From an uncultured Chloroflexia bacterium (GTDB taxonomy: Bacteria > Chloroflexota > Limnocylindria > Limnocylindrales > CSP1-4), in contig CAVYIM010000003.1 of NCBI GenBank assembly GCA_963768655.1, positions 736,001-800,000 of the forward strand: a stretch of DNA of 64,000 bases, read 5' to 3'. Every line of letters begins with the position of its first letter. Position 1 is the first letter of the stretch. Shown here piece after piece: positions 38,314 through 47,154 of this stretch. The translations under genes were made by a program, and so were the position numbers. The notes under the pieces were generated by a model, which saw nothing but the letters and a program-made list of their open reading frames with translations, did not search any database and had not been told where the DNA came from.

Positions 38314-39243
38314 ATGCCAGCCCTCGCGATCAACGTGACTCCGCCCTGGGGCGGTTCGCAGCAGGATCTGGGTCCGTACCTCGGTCCCGCCGCGGCGTTC
38401 ATCGGCATCCTGATCGCGGCCGCGATCATCATCAGGCTGACTCATGTCTTCGTCCGCGGCATCGTACGGACACTCCTCAACCGCGAGAACGTGGAGGGGA
38501 CCGCCCACGAGCTGACGGCCGCCGAGCTCAGGAAACGCCAGGACACGATCGAGACCCTGGTCGTCAACGTGGTCCGATTCTTCGTCGTCGTGATCGCGGC
38601 CCTGATGGTCCTCGAGACGGCCTTCAGCCTCGATGTCGGTCCCGCCATTGCCGGCCTGGGGATCATCGGCATCGCGGTCGGCCTGGGCACGCAGAGCCTG
38701 GTCCGCGACTACCTCAACGGGGCCCTGGTCTTGATCGAGAACCAGTACTCGATCGGCGACGTGGTCAAGATTGCCGGCGTCTCGGGCAAAGTCGAGGACT
38801 TCACGCTTCGGAGGACGACGCTGCGCGACCAGGATGGCGCGGTGCACACGGTGCCCAACGGCCTCATCACGGTGGCCACGAATCTCACGCGCGAGTGGGC
38901 GCGCGTGAACGAAGACGTTCGCGTGGTCTACGGCACGGACATCGAGAAGGCCACCGCCGTGGTGGACCGCGTCGGGCGACAGCTGGCGTCGGAATTGGAT
39001 TGGGGCCCCCGGATCCTGGAGGCGCCGCGGGTCGAGCGGGTGTCACAGCTGGGCGAATTCGGGGTGACGCTCAAGGTCCTGGGGACCGTAAGGGCGTCGG
39101 AGCAGTGGGCCGTCAGCGGTGAGCTTCGCAAACGGATCCTGGCCGCGTTCGCGGAGTCCGGCATCGAGATGCCGCAGCCGCAGCGAATCGTCCTGGCCGG
39201 GCCGAAAGCACGCGGCGCCAGGCCCCGGCCGAAAGCGGAGTAG
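38314..39243 (+). CDS. Small-conductance mechanosensitive channel (MscS/YbiO-like)
   Basis: AGLGIIGIAVGLGTQSLVRD, ENQYSIGDVV, G.VEDFTLRRT.LRD, VPNG. Confidence 0.92.
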   Translation: MPALAINVTPPWGGSQQDLGPYLGPAAAFIGILIAAAIIIRLTHVFVRGIVRTLLNRENVEGTAHELTAAELRKRQDTIETLVVNVVRFFVVVIAALMVLETAFSLDVGPAIAGLGIIGIAVGLGTQSLVRDYLNGALVLIENQYSIGDVVKIAGVSGKVEDFTLRRTTLRDQDGAVHTVPNGLITVATNLTREWARVNEDVRVVYGTDIEKATAVVDRVGRQLASELDWGPRILEAPRVERVSQLGEFGVTLKVLGTVRASEQWAVSGELRKRILAAFAESGIEMPQPQRIVLAGPKARGARPRPKAE

Positions 39244-39310
39244 GCAGAAGCAGGCCGGGGCGAGGGGACGAGAAGCAGGAGAGACGCCCGGCGTCGGCCG
39301 GGGCGATGAC

Positions 39311-40567
39311 CTACGAGGCGCGAACCGATGGGTTGGTGTTCCGCCCGCCGCCGAAGATTCCGAGGAAGCCGCTGCCGACCTTGGCCACGCCGGGCTCGGC
39401 CGTGGCGATCATGCGGTCCGCGAGCGCTTCGATGTCCTCGATGACCTTCTCCTTGGGGAAACGCTCGACGGCGGAGCGGCCCTCGTTGGCGGCTCGAACG
39501 AAGAGCATGCCGGCAGACCGAATCTCCGCCAGGGCGGGCATGCCGACGGTCCGTTCCATGTCACCAACCGACACGCCGCTGTTGGCACGGTTCACGACCA
39601 TGGCCAGGCGCTCGCGGATCTCGAGCTCGACTGCCACCTCGCGGAGCTGGACCGCGGCCCGGATGGCCGGCACGTCGGGCGTTACCGGCACCAGAATCTT
39701 GTCGGCCCGCTCGAAGATGACCTGGTTGAGGGGCCCGTAGTCCGGGTGCATGTCGACGACGACCCAGTCGAAGGCCTGACGAGCGGCGGTGATCGCCTCG
39801 GCCACCCGCTTCGGCTCGAGGATCTCAGTGTGCAGCGGTGACTCCGCCATCACCAGCACCGCGACGCCGTTGTGATGGGCGGACGCGATCTCGGCGAAGG
39901 ACTCGGCCGCGCCCGTTGTGAGGTCTTCCGTCCACGCATCCGCGACGGTGCGGACGTTCTCCATGCCCAGCGACGAGGCCACGTGCCCCGTCACGGTATC
40001 GCAGTCAACCAGCAGCACGCGCTGCCCCTTGCGGAGCTGCAGCATCGCCGCAACGTTGACCGCAATCGTCGTCTTGCCAACGCCGCCCTTGGGGTTGAAC
40101 ACGATGACGATCTGGCCGCGGCGGGAGTCTCCGGCGTCAACCGACGGAACGTCGTCTGTGTGGATCACGCCGCCGGTGGACTCGTCCGTGGGAATCTCGG
40201 CGCGGATGAGCATCGCCTCGACGCGCCAGCGCAGCGACTCCGCAGAGTAGGGGCGAGTGAAGTACTCGTCACTGACACGGGCTCGTCCCGCCATCCCCAT
40301 CCGGTCCAGCGCCCGGGCCGCAACGACCATCAGCGCCGGGATGTTGCGATCCTCTTCGTGGAGGAGGGCGTACATCTCGATCGTTCGATCGAAGTCGTTC
40401 TCCGCGTCCAGGATGGCCACGCCGATGTCGTTGCGCAGGCTCAGGAGAGTCTCGAGCTCATCGGCAGTGTTGACGGCGATGGCGTCGTAGCCGGCCTCGA
40501 TCAGCTGTGCGGCGACAGCGGCCAGCTCCGCGGGCGGTAGGGCGATTGCGACTGCTGACCGGGGCAC
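39311..40567 (-). CDS. Receiver-like domain + MinD/ParA-type ATPase (CpaE/TadZ-like)
   Basis: N-terminal receiver fold (ILD; FTRPY instead of KP), deviant Walker A PKGGVGKT, VVVDM, VVNR. Confidence 0.85.
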   Translation of the reverse strand: MPRSAVAIALPPAELAAVAAQLIEAGYDAIAVNTADELETLLSLRNDIGVAILDAENDFDRTIEMYALLHEEDRNIPALMVVAARALDRMGMAGRARVSDEYFTRPYSAESLRWRVEAMLIRAEIPTDESTGGVIHTDDVPSVDAGDSRRGQIVIVFNPKGGVGKTTIAVNVAAMLQLRKGQRVLLVDCDTVTGHVASSLGMENVRTVADAWTEDLTTGAAESFAEIASAHHNGVAVLVMAESPLHTEILEPKRVAEAITAARQAFDWVVVDMHPDYGPLNQVIFERADKILVPVTPDVPAIRAAVQLREVAVELEIRERLAMVVNRANSGVSVGDMERTVGMPALAEIRSAGMLFVRAANEGRSAVERFPKEKVIEDIEALADRMIATAEPGVAKVGSGFLGIFGGGRNTNPSVRAS

Positions 40568-40611
40568 TGTGACGGGGTCTCCCTTGGGTGCGCGGGCGGG
40601 ACTCGGTAAGT

Positions 40612-41547
40612 CTAGCCTTCCGCCTCCGGGTCATGTGCGGAGACGTTGAGCACGCCATCGCGCTCAGAGACGACTCTGGCCTGGAAGTTGGGCAGCGTGG
40701 GGATGAGCGAACCCAACGAGATCTCCGGGCCGTGACCCACGGTAAAGATGAACTCGCCGTCCGGGCCGGACGAGACGCCGACGTTCTTGACGCCTGGCAG
40801 GCGCCCGAGTTGGCGCTTGAACGTGGCAATGCTGGCCACGCTGACGAGCCCGACGACGACGACCTGAGTGGACTCGGGCACCTCTGGCTTGGGCACGGCA
40901 GCGGCACGGGCGGCCCTGGCGGCCTCCTCTTCGGCGGCTGCAGCAGCTGCTTCATCTTCGGCGGATGGCCCCGGGGGAGGAGCCACCGGCGCCTCCGCTT
41001 CGCTGCCGAGCAGGTCCTCGGTGCGCATGATCTTCTCGCGCCGGGCCTTGATCTCGGTCGCGAGAGTGCCCCGTTCGGATTCCGCAAAGGTCGGCGGATC
41101 CGGCATCTGCGCGGCCATGCTGGCGAAGACCGTTGGGTCGGCTTCCTGGAGAAGCTGCTCGAAGAATTGGGCGACTTCTTCCTCGAACCCCGATACGCGC
41201 TTCTGGACGCGCTCGATCTCGAACTCGATGGCGGAGTTGTACTCCTGGAGCTCCTGCTCGAGCAGCTCGCGACGCCGGGCGATCCGCTGCTCCGTCTCGA
41301 CACGGATGCGCTCTACTTCTGCCTTGGACCAATCACGGATGGCGCTGACATCGGCTTCGGCGCCCTTGCGCAGGGACGCCGCCTCGTCGTCCGTGCGGGC
41401 GTGGAGCTTCTCGACGTAAACCTTCGCATCTGCCTGGCACTGATCAATCGTCGCCTGCCGCGCCGTCTCGGCGGTCGAACGCATGGCCTGCGTGAGGTCC
41501 GCCAGGAATTGGTTCGGATGACGCGCGGCCGTGTCGTTCACGCTCAT
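40612..41547 (-). CDS. Coiled-coil hypothetical protein with small C-terminal alpha/beta domain
   Basis: About 170 aa charged heptad helix, MPDPP, low-complexity linker, TQVVVVGLVSVASIATFKRQLGRLPGV domain. Confidence 0.8.
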   Translation of the reverse strand: MSVNDTAARHPNQFLADLTQAMRSTAETARQATIDQCQADAKVYVEKLHARTDDEAASLRKGAEADVSAIRDWSKAEVERIRVETEQRIARRRELLEQELQEYNSAIEFEIERVQKRVSGFEEEVAQFFEQLLQEADPTVFASMAAQMPDPPTFAESERGTLATEIKARREKIMRTEDLLGSEAEAPVAPPPGPSAEDEAAAAAAEEEAARAARAAAVPKPEVPESTQVVVVGLVSVASIATFKRQLGRLPGVKNVGVSSGPDGEFIFTVGHGPEISLGSLIPTLPNFQARVVSERDGVLNVSAHDPEAEG

Positions 41548-41712
41548 CTCCCCGTTCGTTTCTCCGGGCCCCGGCCGGGCGCCGGAGTCTACCCGATTTC
41601 GTATGCTACCCCGCGCTTGACCCCAGGAACGTTACCGCAACGGGCCCGCGGCTCCAAGCGTAATTATCGCGGGTCCAAGGGTTCGCATCCGGAGACTTTC
41701 GCTCTGTTGGAT

Positions 41713-41780
41713 CATGGGCCGGGTGTTGCCGCCGGGCACTCCGCTGGAGGTACCAGGACTAACCGCCCTTCCGTACCGCC
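41713..41780. repeat. Conserved non-coding element, copy 1
   Basis: 57/68 ungapped identity to 42760-42827; core 35/38. Confidence 0.9.
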
Positions 41781-41898
41781 TTACAGCCGCCCGCCTCCGC
41801 ACGCGTGGCCACCGGAGACCCGGATGACGAGCTGTCGCGACGGGCCGGGGCGGTTCAGAGGCGGGCGACGCCCAGGCGCGATGGGCCCGAGATCGCCT

Positions 41899-42606
41899 CT
41901 ACCGGTGCTCTTCCGCCTGGGTTCGGGCCGCGCCGGTGGCGGATTCCCTCCACCAGCGGCCCCGAGGCTCCTCCGGCTTCTGGCCGTTGGAGCCGGCCGT
42001 CGGCGGGGCCTCCATCGGCGGGGCCTCCGGAGCCGGAGCGGCGGCCGTTTCGAGGGGTTCGCCGCGTGCAGCTCGTTCAGCCCGCTCGCGTCTCTCTCGG
42101 AGCTCGGCGGCGAACGACTCTCGGTCCAGATCGGCGAAGACGGGCGGATCGGGCATCTTGGATGCCATGGTGGCGAAGACGGTGGGATCCGCGCTGCCCT
42201 GGAGGAGCTGCTCGAAGAACTGAGATACCTCGGTCTGGAAGCTCTCGATCCGTTCCTGAACGCTGCCGATCTCCGCCTCGACGTCGGCGTGGAACTCCGT
42301 CAGCTCCTGCTCGAGCAGCTGGCGGCGTCGCAGGATACGTTGCTCCGTTTCCTGGCGAACTCGTTCCACCCTGGCCCTCGCTCGCTCGCGGATGGTGGCC
42401 ACGTCGGCCTCCGATGCCTGCCGCAGCACCTCGGAATCTTCCAGCGTTCGCGCGCGGAGCTGTTCGATGTATGTTTTGGCGTCGTTCTGGCACTTTTCGA
42501 AGTCAGCCTGCCGCGAGGCATCAGCGGCCGAGCGCATAGCCTGAGTCAGATCCGCCATCAAACGGTTCTGGTGCTGCGCCGCCGAGTCGTTCACGCTGAT
42601 CTCCAT
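41899..42606 (-). CDS. Coiled-coil hypothetical protein, paralog of 40612-41547 lacking the C-terminal domain
   Basis: Shared SVND, ADLTQAMRS, ETEQRI.RRR.LLEQEL, QFFEQLLQ, ADPTVFA.MA..MPDPP. Confidence 0.82.
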   Translation of the reverse strand: MEISVNDSAAQHQNRLMADLTQAMRSAADASRQADFEKCQNDAKTYIEQLRARTLEDSEVLRQASEADVATIRERARARVERVRQETEQRILRRRQLLEQELTEFHADVEAEIGSVQERIESFQTEVSQFFEQLLQGSADPTVFATMASKMPDPPVFADLDRESFAAELRERRERAERAARGEPLETAAAPAPEAPPMEAPPTAGSNGQKPEEPRGRWWRESATGAARTQAEEHR

Positions 42607-42759
42607 GGTCCCAGCCCCCGCATCCTCGAAGAGCGGGGGCTAGAGGCCCACGATACTACCCCGCGTCCCGCCCGCGCCCAACCATGACACACCAGGCACC
42701 TCGAGACGCCAGCCCATTGTTGCCAGTCCCAGGCCGGGCGGCGAGGGACTTTTCCCAAG

Positions 42760-42827
42760 CATGGGCGGGGTGCTGCCCGCCAGCACCCGGCTGGAGGTAC
42801 CAGGACCAACGGCCCTTACGTACCGCC
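42760..42827. repeat. Conserved non-coding element, copy 2
   Basis: gctggaggtaccaggac[c/t]aac[g/c]gccctt[a/c]cgtaccgcc core shared with 41743-41780. Confidence 0.9.
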
Positions 42828-42868
42828 GCACGCGGCATGTCAGGCCCGCGAAGTTGGCCGACGCAGCC

Positions 42869-43753
42869 TCAAGTCTCGGGCGGCCCCGGAGGATCCGAGC
42901 GAGCCCTCGTTGCTCTGTCGGCCCAGGCCGCCAGGACCCGGTCCTTGTGCGGGCGGATGGGGCAATGCTCGTCGCGGTTGGCGGCCTCGTCACAGTAGCC
43001 GAGAGGCACGCACTTGGGGGCGAGGAAACTGCCCAGGAACGGGCTGACGGCGAAGACCTCGTGGCGGACGAGCTGAAAGAGCCGCCGGATCTCCCACTGG
43101 GCCATCGTGCACAGCCGCAGGCCGGACATGTGGATCAGAGCGCGGAGGTTCGCCGTCATGACCAGGTTCGTGCGCGTGGCGTTGGGAAAGACGAAGCGGG
43201 CGTCCTCGCCTGGTATGCCGGCATCGAGGAGCTCCGAGTACACCTCGAGCGCCCCTTCGAGCTGATCCTCGTAGCGGCGCAGCAGCTCTGGATCGGCCTC
43301 GGCGATGGTCGCCGGCAGCATTGTGGAAGCGCCCTTCTTGTACGAGACGTACCGCTGGCTCTGCTGGTCGAAGGCGACGCCGGCTCGATGTCGGACGAGC
43401 TGGTGGCTGAGGGTTCGGCTGACCCCGGTGATCGCAAACGTGAAGACGACATGCTCGATGGTCGAGCCGTGCCCGGATTCGATCACCCGGCCGATCAGCT
43501 CGCGCTGTTTCTCCGGTGTGATCCGCCCGTCGACCGCGCGCTCGAAGATGTCGTCCGGGGCGAGCTCCGAGTAGCAGGTGCGGCACGCCGTGTAGATGAG
43601 CGGTACGTAGTAGCGCTCGACGATCTCACGACTGGGGAAGATGAGCGTGGCTCTCATGCCAAGGTCGTGGCGACCCGGGTTGCGCGGCATCGCGGAGCTG
43701 GCTGTGCTGACTGGAGCGCCGGGGGAACTCGCGGCGCCGGGATCGACGGTCAC
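42869..43753 (-). CDS. thyX: FAD-dependent thymidylate synthase
   Basis: GHGSTIEH, SHQLVRHR...DQQSQRY (RHRx7S), EDARF, LRLCTMAQWEIR. Confidence 0.96.
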   Translation of the reverse strand: MTVDPGAASSPGAPVSTASSAMPRNPGRHDLGMRATLIFPSREIVERYYVPLIYTACRTCYSELAPDDIFERAVDGRITPEKQRELIGRVIESGHGSTIEHVVFTFAITGVSRTLSHQLVRHRAGVAFDQQSQRYVSYKKGASTMLPATIAEADPELLRRYEDQLEGALEVYSELLDAGIPGEDARFVFPNATRTNLVMTANLRALIHMSGLRLCTMAQWEIRRLFQLVRHEVFAVSPFLGSFLAPKCVPLGYCDEAANRDEHCPIRPHKDRVLAAWADRATRARSDPPGPPET

Positions 43754-43872
43754 CGCGTCAGGATAGCGACTCCGATCGGCTCCCGACCGCTCGTGCCCGG
43801 ATTACCCGCATGCTGCGACGGGCCCCTGAGTCTGTCTCGCATGTAGTCGTCATCGACTGTTGAGAGACAAAG

Positions 43873-43907
43873 TAGCCGTTGACGGCTATCAGATCCTTTG
43901 TTAGCCT
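43873..43907 (+). promoter_or_regulatory. satD promoter with palindromic operator over the -35
   Basis: TTGACG(43879)-17 nt-TAGCCT(43902), GTG start 6 nt later; perfect 7-2-7 dyad TAGCCGT-TG-ACGGCTA at 43873-43888. Confidence 0.7.
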
Positions 43908-43913
43908 GATGGC

Positions 43914-44582
43914 GTGGATGAGGCGCGAGGACTGGTGCTGTTCGGCGACGTGGTCGGGTCGCGGCGCGACCCTTCCGGGGCCGCCGAATGGCTGCGCCGC
44001 CTCGTCGACGAGCTGGACCAGGCCTATGGCGAGCAACGGCTGGCCCCTTTCGGGTTCACCCAGGGCGATGAGTTGCAGGGGCTGCTGGTTGCCGATGCGG
44101 ATCCACTGGTGGCGGTCCTGCACGCGGATCTCAATCCATCGGCGCGACCGATGCGCTGGGTGTGCGTGAAAGGCGGAGTGGATCCGGGAGAGGGGCCGGC
44201 CACGCAGCGTACGGGCCCGGCCTTCCTGGCGGCTCGAGACGCGATCGAGGCGGCTCGAGCGGGGCACGATCGCCTGGTCATACAGACCGGCCAGACGGAG
44301 GTAGATGAGCTTCTTGCCGGCATGACGCCGGCCCTGGCCGACATGCTGGAGGGCTTGACGCCGCGCCAGCGCGCCGTCGGCCGCCTGGCTTTGATCGAAG
44401 GCCTGCGCCAGTCGGAAGTCGCGGACCGGCTGGGCGTGCGCCGGGCCACGATCTCGGTTTCGTTCGGACGGGCCAGGGTCCAAACCCTGCAGCGGCTCGT
44501 GGCCGCGATCCGCAAGGTCTACTCCAGTGCCGGCGCCAGCGCCGGCGCTCAGGCGAGTGGCGCCACCGGAACCGGCGCCTAA
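43914..44582 (+). CDS. satD: SatD-family protein (nucleotide-cyclase/GGDEF-like palm + C-terminal HTH)
   Basis: GDVVGSR, TQGDELQG, GPAFLAAR.AIE, LTPRQ...QSEVADRLGV...TIS. Confidence 0.82.
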   Translation: MDEARGLVLFGDVVGSRRDPSGAAEWLRRLVDELDQAYGEQRLAPFGFTQGDELQGLLVADADPLVAVLHADLNPSARPMRWVCVKGGVDPGEGPATQRTGPAFLAARDAIEAARAGHDRLVIQTGQTEVDELLAGMTPALADMLEGLTPRQRAVGRLALIEGLRQSEVADRLGVRRATISVSFGRARVQTLQRLVAAIRKVYSSAGASAGAQASGATGTGA

Positions 44583-44593
44583 GGGAGAACGTC

Positions 44594-45505
44594 GTGACCG
44601 AACCGCTGCTCCTGCTCGGCTGGCTCCTGGTGAGCCACCTCACGGCCGATTTCGTTCTCCAGACGGACGCGAGCGTCGCCGACCGGAACGAGTCGGGGCC
44701 ACGGGCGCGGCGCGCCCTCGGGTTTCATGCCCTGGTTGTCGCCGCCGCCATGGCGCCTTTCTGGCTCGCCTTCGGGACGCCGGGTTTTCTCGCCCTGCTC
44801 GTGGCCGCCATACCTCATCCGTTCATCGATGCCGTCAAGACGCGCGTCACCGAGACGCGCCGCGGTGCTTCCGCCCAGACGGAATGGTCCCCCTGGCCGG
44901 CCGGCCTCTTCCTGGCGGACCAGGCGGCCCACCTGGGGCTCTTGCTGGGGGCGTGGTGGGTCTTCCTGCGTGACGCCGCCTTGAACCCGTGGTTTGCCGA
45001 CCGTGTGGCGGGGGCGACGTCGGGAATTGCCGCGTCGGACGTCCACAGCGCGGCCCTCATTCTTATCGTCGGCTGGTCCCTGGCGGTGATCAACGGGCGG
45101 GCGGCCCGGTTCTTCGTGCCGCTCCTGCTCCCGCCGGAGGCTGGATCGGGCGTGGCCACGGCGGCATCGGGCGGCGCGCCGGGGGTCACACTCCAACGGG
45201 CGGGCGGCTACAGCGTCAAGCTTGGCCCCGTGTCGGGCCGTATCGAGCCGGACCATCCTCCCGTTGTCGAGACCCCGGACAACGTCGGCGCCGTCGTAGG
45301 TGTACTCGAGCGGCTGCTGGTGGTCATCCTGGTCCTCGACCACGCGGAGCTCGCCATCGGGCTCGTCGTGGCGGCCAAGACGCTGGCGCGGTTCAAGCAG
45401 CTCGACGAGCGGCCGTTCGCGGAGAAATACCTGGTCGGGACGCTGGCGAGCGTGACCGTGGCGGTGGCGAGCGGTCTGGCGGCTCGAGCCGTGCTGGGCG
45501 TCTAG
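44594..45505 (+). CDS. DUF3307 membrane protein (SatE-like)
   Basis: HLTADFVLQ, H..ID, FLADQAAH, G..VG.LERL, AAKTLARF, EKYLVGTL.S. Confidence 0.85.
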   Translation: MTEPLLLLGWLLVSHLTADFVLQTDASVADRNESGPRARRALGFHALVVAAAMAPFWLAFGTPGFLALLVAAIPHPFIDAVKTRVTETRRGASAQTEWSPWPAGLFLADQAAHLGLLLGAWWVFLRDAALNPWFADRVAGATSGIAASDVHSAALILIVGWSLAVINGRAARFFVPLLLPPEAGSGVATAASGGAPGVTLQRAGGYSVKLGPVSGRIEPDHPPVVETPDNVGAVVGVLERLLVVILVLDHAELAIGLVVAAKTLARFKQLDERPFAEKYLVGTLASVTVAVASGLAARAVLGV

Positions 45506-45541
45506 TTCGGCCGGTCCCGCGCGGGCCGCGGTCGTGCCACC

Positions 45542-46192
45542 TCAGCCGATGACGTGGGCCAGGCGCAGGCACAGCGCGCCGATCCCGGCCAGCGACCACG
45601 ACACCCACAAGACGGCGATGAGCGTTGGCACGCGATTCTCGATCAGCCGGCGGGTGGCGCTGAACGGCTCGATCAACCTGTCCAGGCCGGTCTCGTCCAG
45701 CCCGGCGTCGGATAGCGCCAGAGCGGCGAGCTCGTCCGTGTCGGAGTGGTTGCGCGACCGCTGCAGCAGCTTGAAGCGCGTGAACACGCGCCGCTCCGGC
45801 GGAAGCTCGCGCTCGGCGCGGACGATCTCGCGATGCCAGAAGCGAACGTCGTCGCCAAGGCCCAGGGCGGCCCGCCGCATTCGGGCGAGCAGCAGCAGGC
45901 TGCCGGTGGCGTCGACGAGCAGCAGCACGGCGGGGACCCACGCCCGGCTGACTTCAAGAGTGAGGATCGACACGAGCAAGCCGCCGGCCAGACCCAGGAG
46001 GATGACCTCCATCACGAGGTAGAGGCTGCGAAAGCCGTGCAGCCACGAGTCTCGCCACTGGGCCCCGGCGAGCATGAAGCCGAGCTGGGGCGCGGCAGCG
46101 TGGTGGCCGTCCAGGCCCTCCAGGCGCCGCTCCAGCGGAGTGCGTTCGGAGGCAGGGGAATCGGTTGGACGCGGGGAAAGGATGGGGGCCAT
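45542..46192 (-). CDS. 3-TM membrane protein, RipA/Pycsar-effector-like architecture
   Basis: Helix-TM-TM-(FWHREIVRAERELP)-soluble-(IENRVP)-TM layout; start uncertain. Confidence 0.55.
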   Translation of the reverse strand: MAPILSPRPTDSPASERTPLERRLEGLDGHHAAAPQLGFMLAGAQWRDSWLHGFRSLYLVMEVILLGLAGGLLVSILTLEVSRAWVPAVLLLVDATGSLLLLARMRRAALGLGDDVRFWHREIVRAERELPPERRVFTRFKLLQRSRNHSDTDELAALALSDAGLDETGLDRLIEPFSATRRLIENRVPTLIAVLWVSWSLAGIGALCLRLAHVIG

Positions 46193-46543
46193 GTCACGCT
46201 TCGGTGCCGCGGACTGTTCTGCACCTTCGGGCCGCGATCTCGGCGTCCGCGTGGCGAGATCGGGTAGTTGACCAGAGCATCGCCCCGTGGCGGCCCGTGC
46301 GCCGAGGGCCAACGGGCATCGGGCGGCGGTGCCGAGTGGCGCGGGGGCGCCGCCAAAGGGCATCGAATCGGCGGCGGAGGGCTCCATGGCGGCGAGTGGC
46401 GCCGCCCTGCAGCGCGCCGCCCCGCTGGGCGCCGCGGCCGTTCGGCGCGCCGCGGCGAGGGCCGCCAGGTCGCCGCGGGCGGTTCGACCGCGATGCGTGT
46501 AGGCTGGCCGGACCGCAACATGGCAACGCGAGGAGGAATCGAG

Positions 46544-46915
46544 ATGGCCGACGGCGCCGCCAGGCCGGTCACGGTCCAGTACTTCTACAAGGTTCGCTGG
46601 GGCTTCCAGGACGAGTTCGTCGAGCTTTTCGAGCGGAACCACTGGCCGCTGCTTCGCGCCCAGCTGGAGGCGGGCCGGCTGCTCGAGGTGCGCGCCTACG
46701 AGCCGCGTTTCCACGGCGACGGTCGCCAGGACTGGACCTTCGAAGTCACGATCACGTACCGCGACTGGGCCTCCATGGAAGAGCACACCGACCCCGCCAT
46801 CATCGCCCGCCTCTACCCCGATGCCGAGAAGCTGGCGCGCGAGGAGCAGCGCCGGTTCGAGCTGATCGAGGCACACTGGGACACGCCCCTCGAGGAGCAC
46901 GCACTGCCGCGGTAG
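46544..46915 (+). CDS. Hypothetical dimeric alpha+beta barrel (NIPSNAP-like) protein
   Basis: YKVRWGFQDEFVELF..NH.P; strong SD GAGGAGG. Confidence 0.75.
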   Translation: MADGAARPVTVQYFYKVRWGFQDEFVELFERNHWPLLRAQLEAGRLLEVRAYEPRFHGDGRQDWTFEVTITYRDWASMEEHTDPAIIARLYPDAEKLAREEQRRFELIEAHWDTPLEEHALPR

Positions 46916-46933
46916 CGCGGTCGCCGGCCGCCG

Positions 46934-47123
46934 CAACCTGGTCAAATGACAGCCCTGGTAGCACGAGACCGATTTGGAAGGCCGACTCGGCGGCCGCGGG
47001 GCCCTGGATGGGTGCCGCACCGGCGGTCGCCACGCTTGGGATTGCGTCGGGCCGGCCTCGTGCGGGGCCCGCAAGCCGGGGAACCTGCCCGCGTGCTACT
47101 CGGGTTTGCATATGACCAGGTTG
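46934..47123. mobile_element. 190-bp MITE/REP-like element with imperfect 34-bp terminal inverted repeats
   Basis: caacctggtcaaatgacagccctggtagcacgag vs reverse complement of right end caacctggtcatatgcaaacccgagtagcacgcg (27/34). Confidence 0.5.
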
Positions 47124-47154
47124 GCTGCGCCCAGCTGGCCGAAAGGGCCTTGAC

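Noticed and set aside
46193-46543. GC-rich hairpins in the divergent intergenic region
   Set aside because: Not distinguishable from chance at this GC content; no tetraloops or recognisable motif
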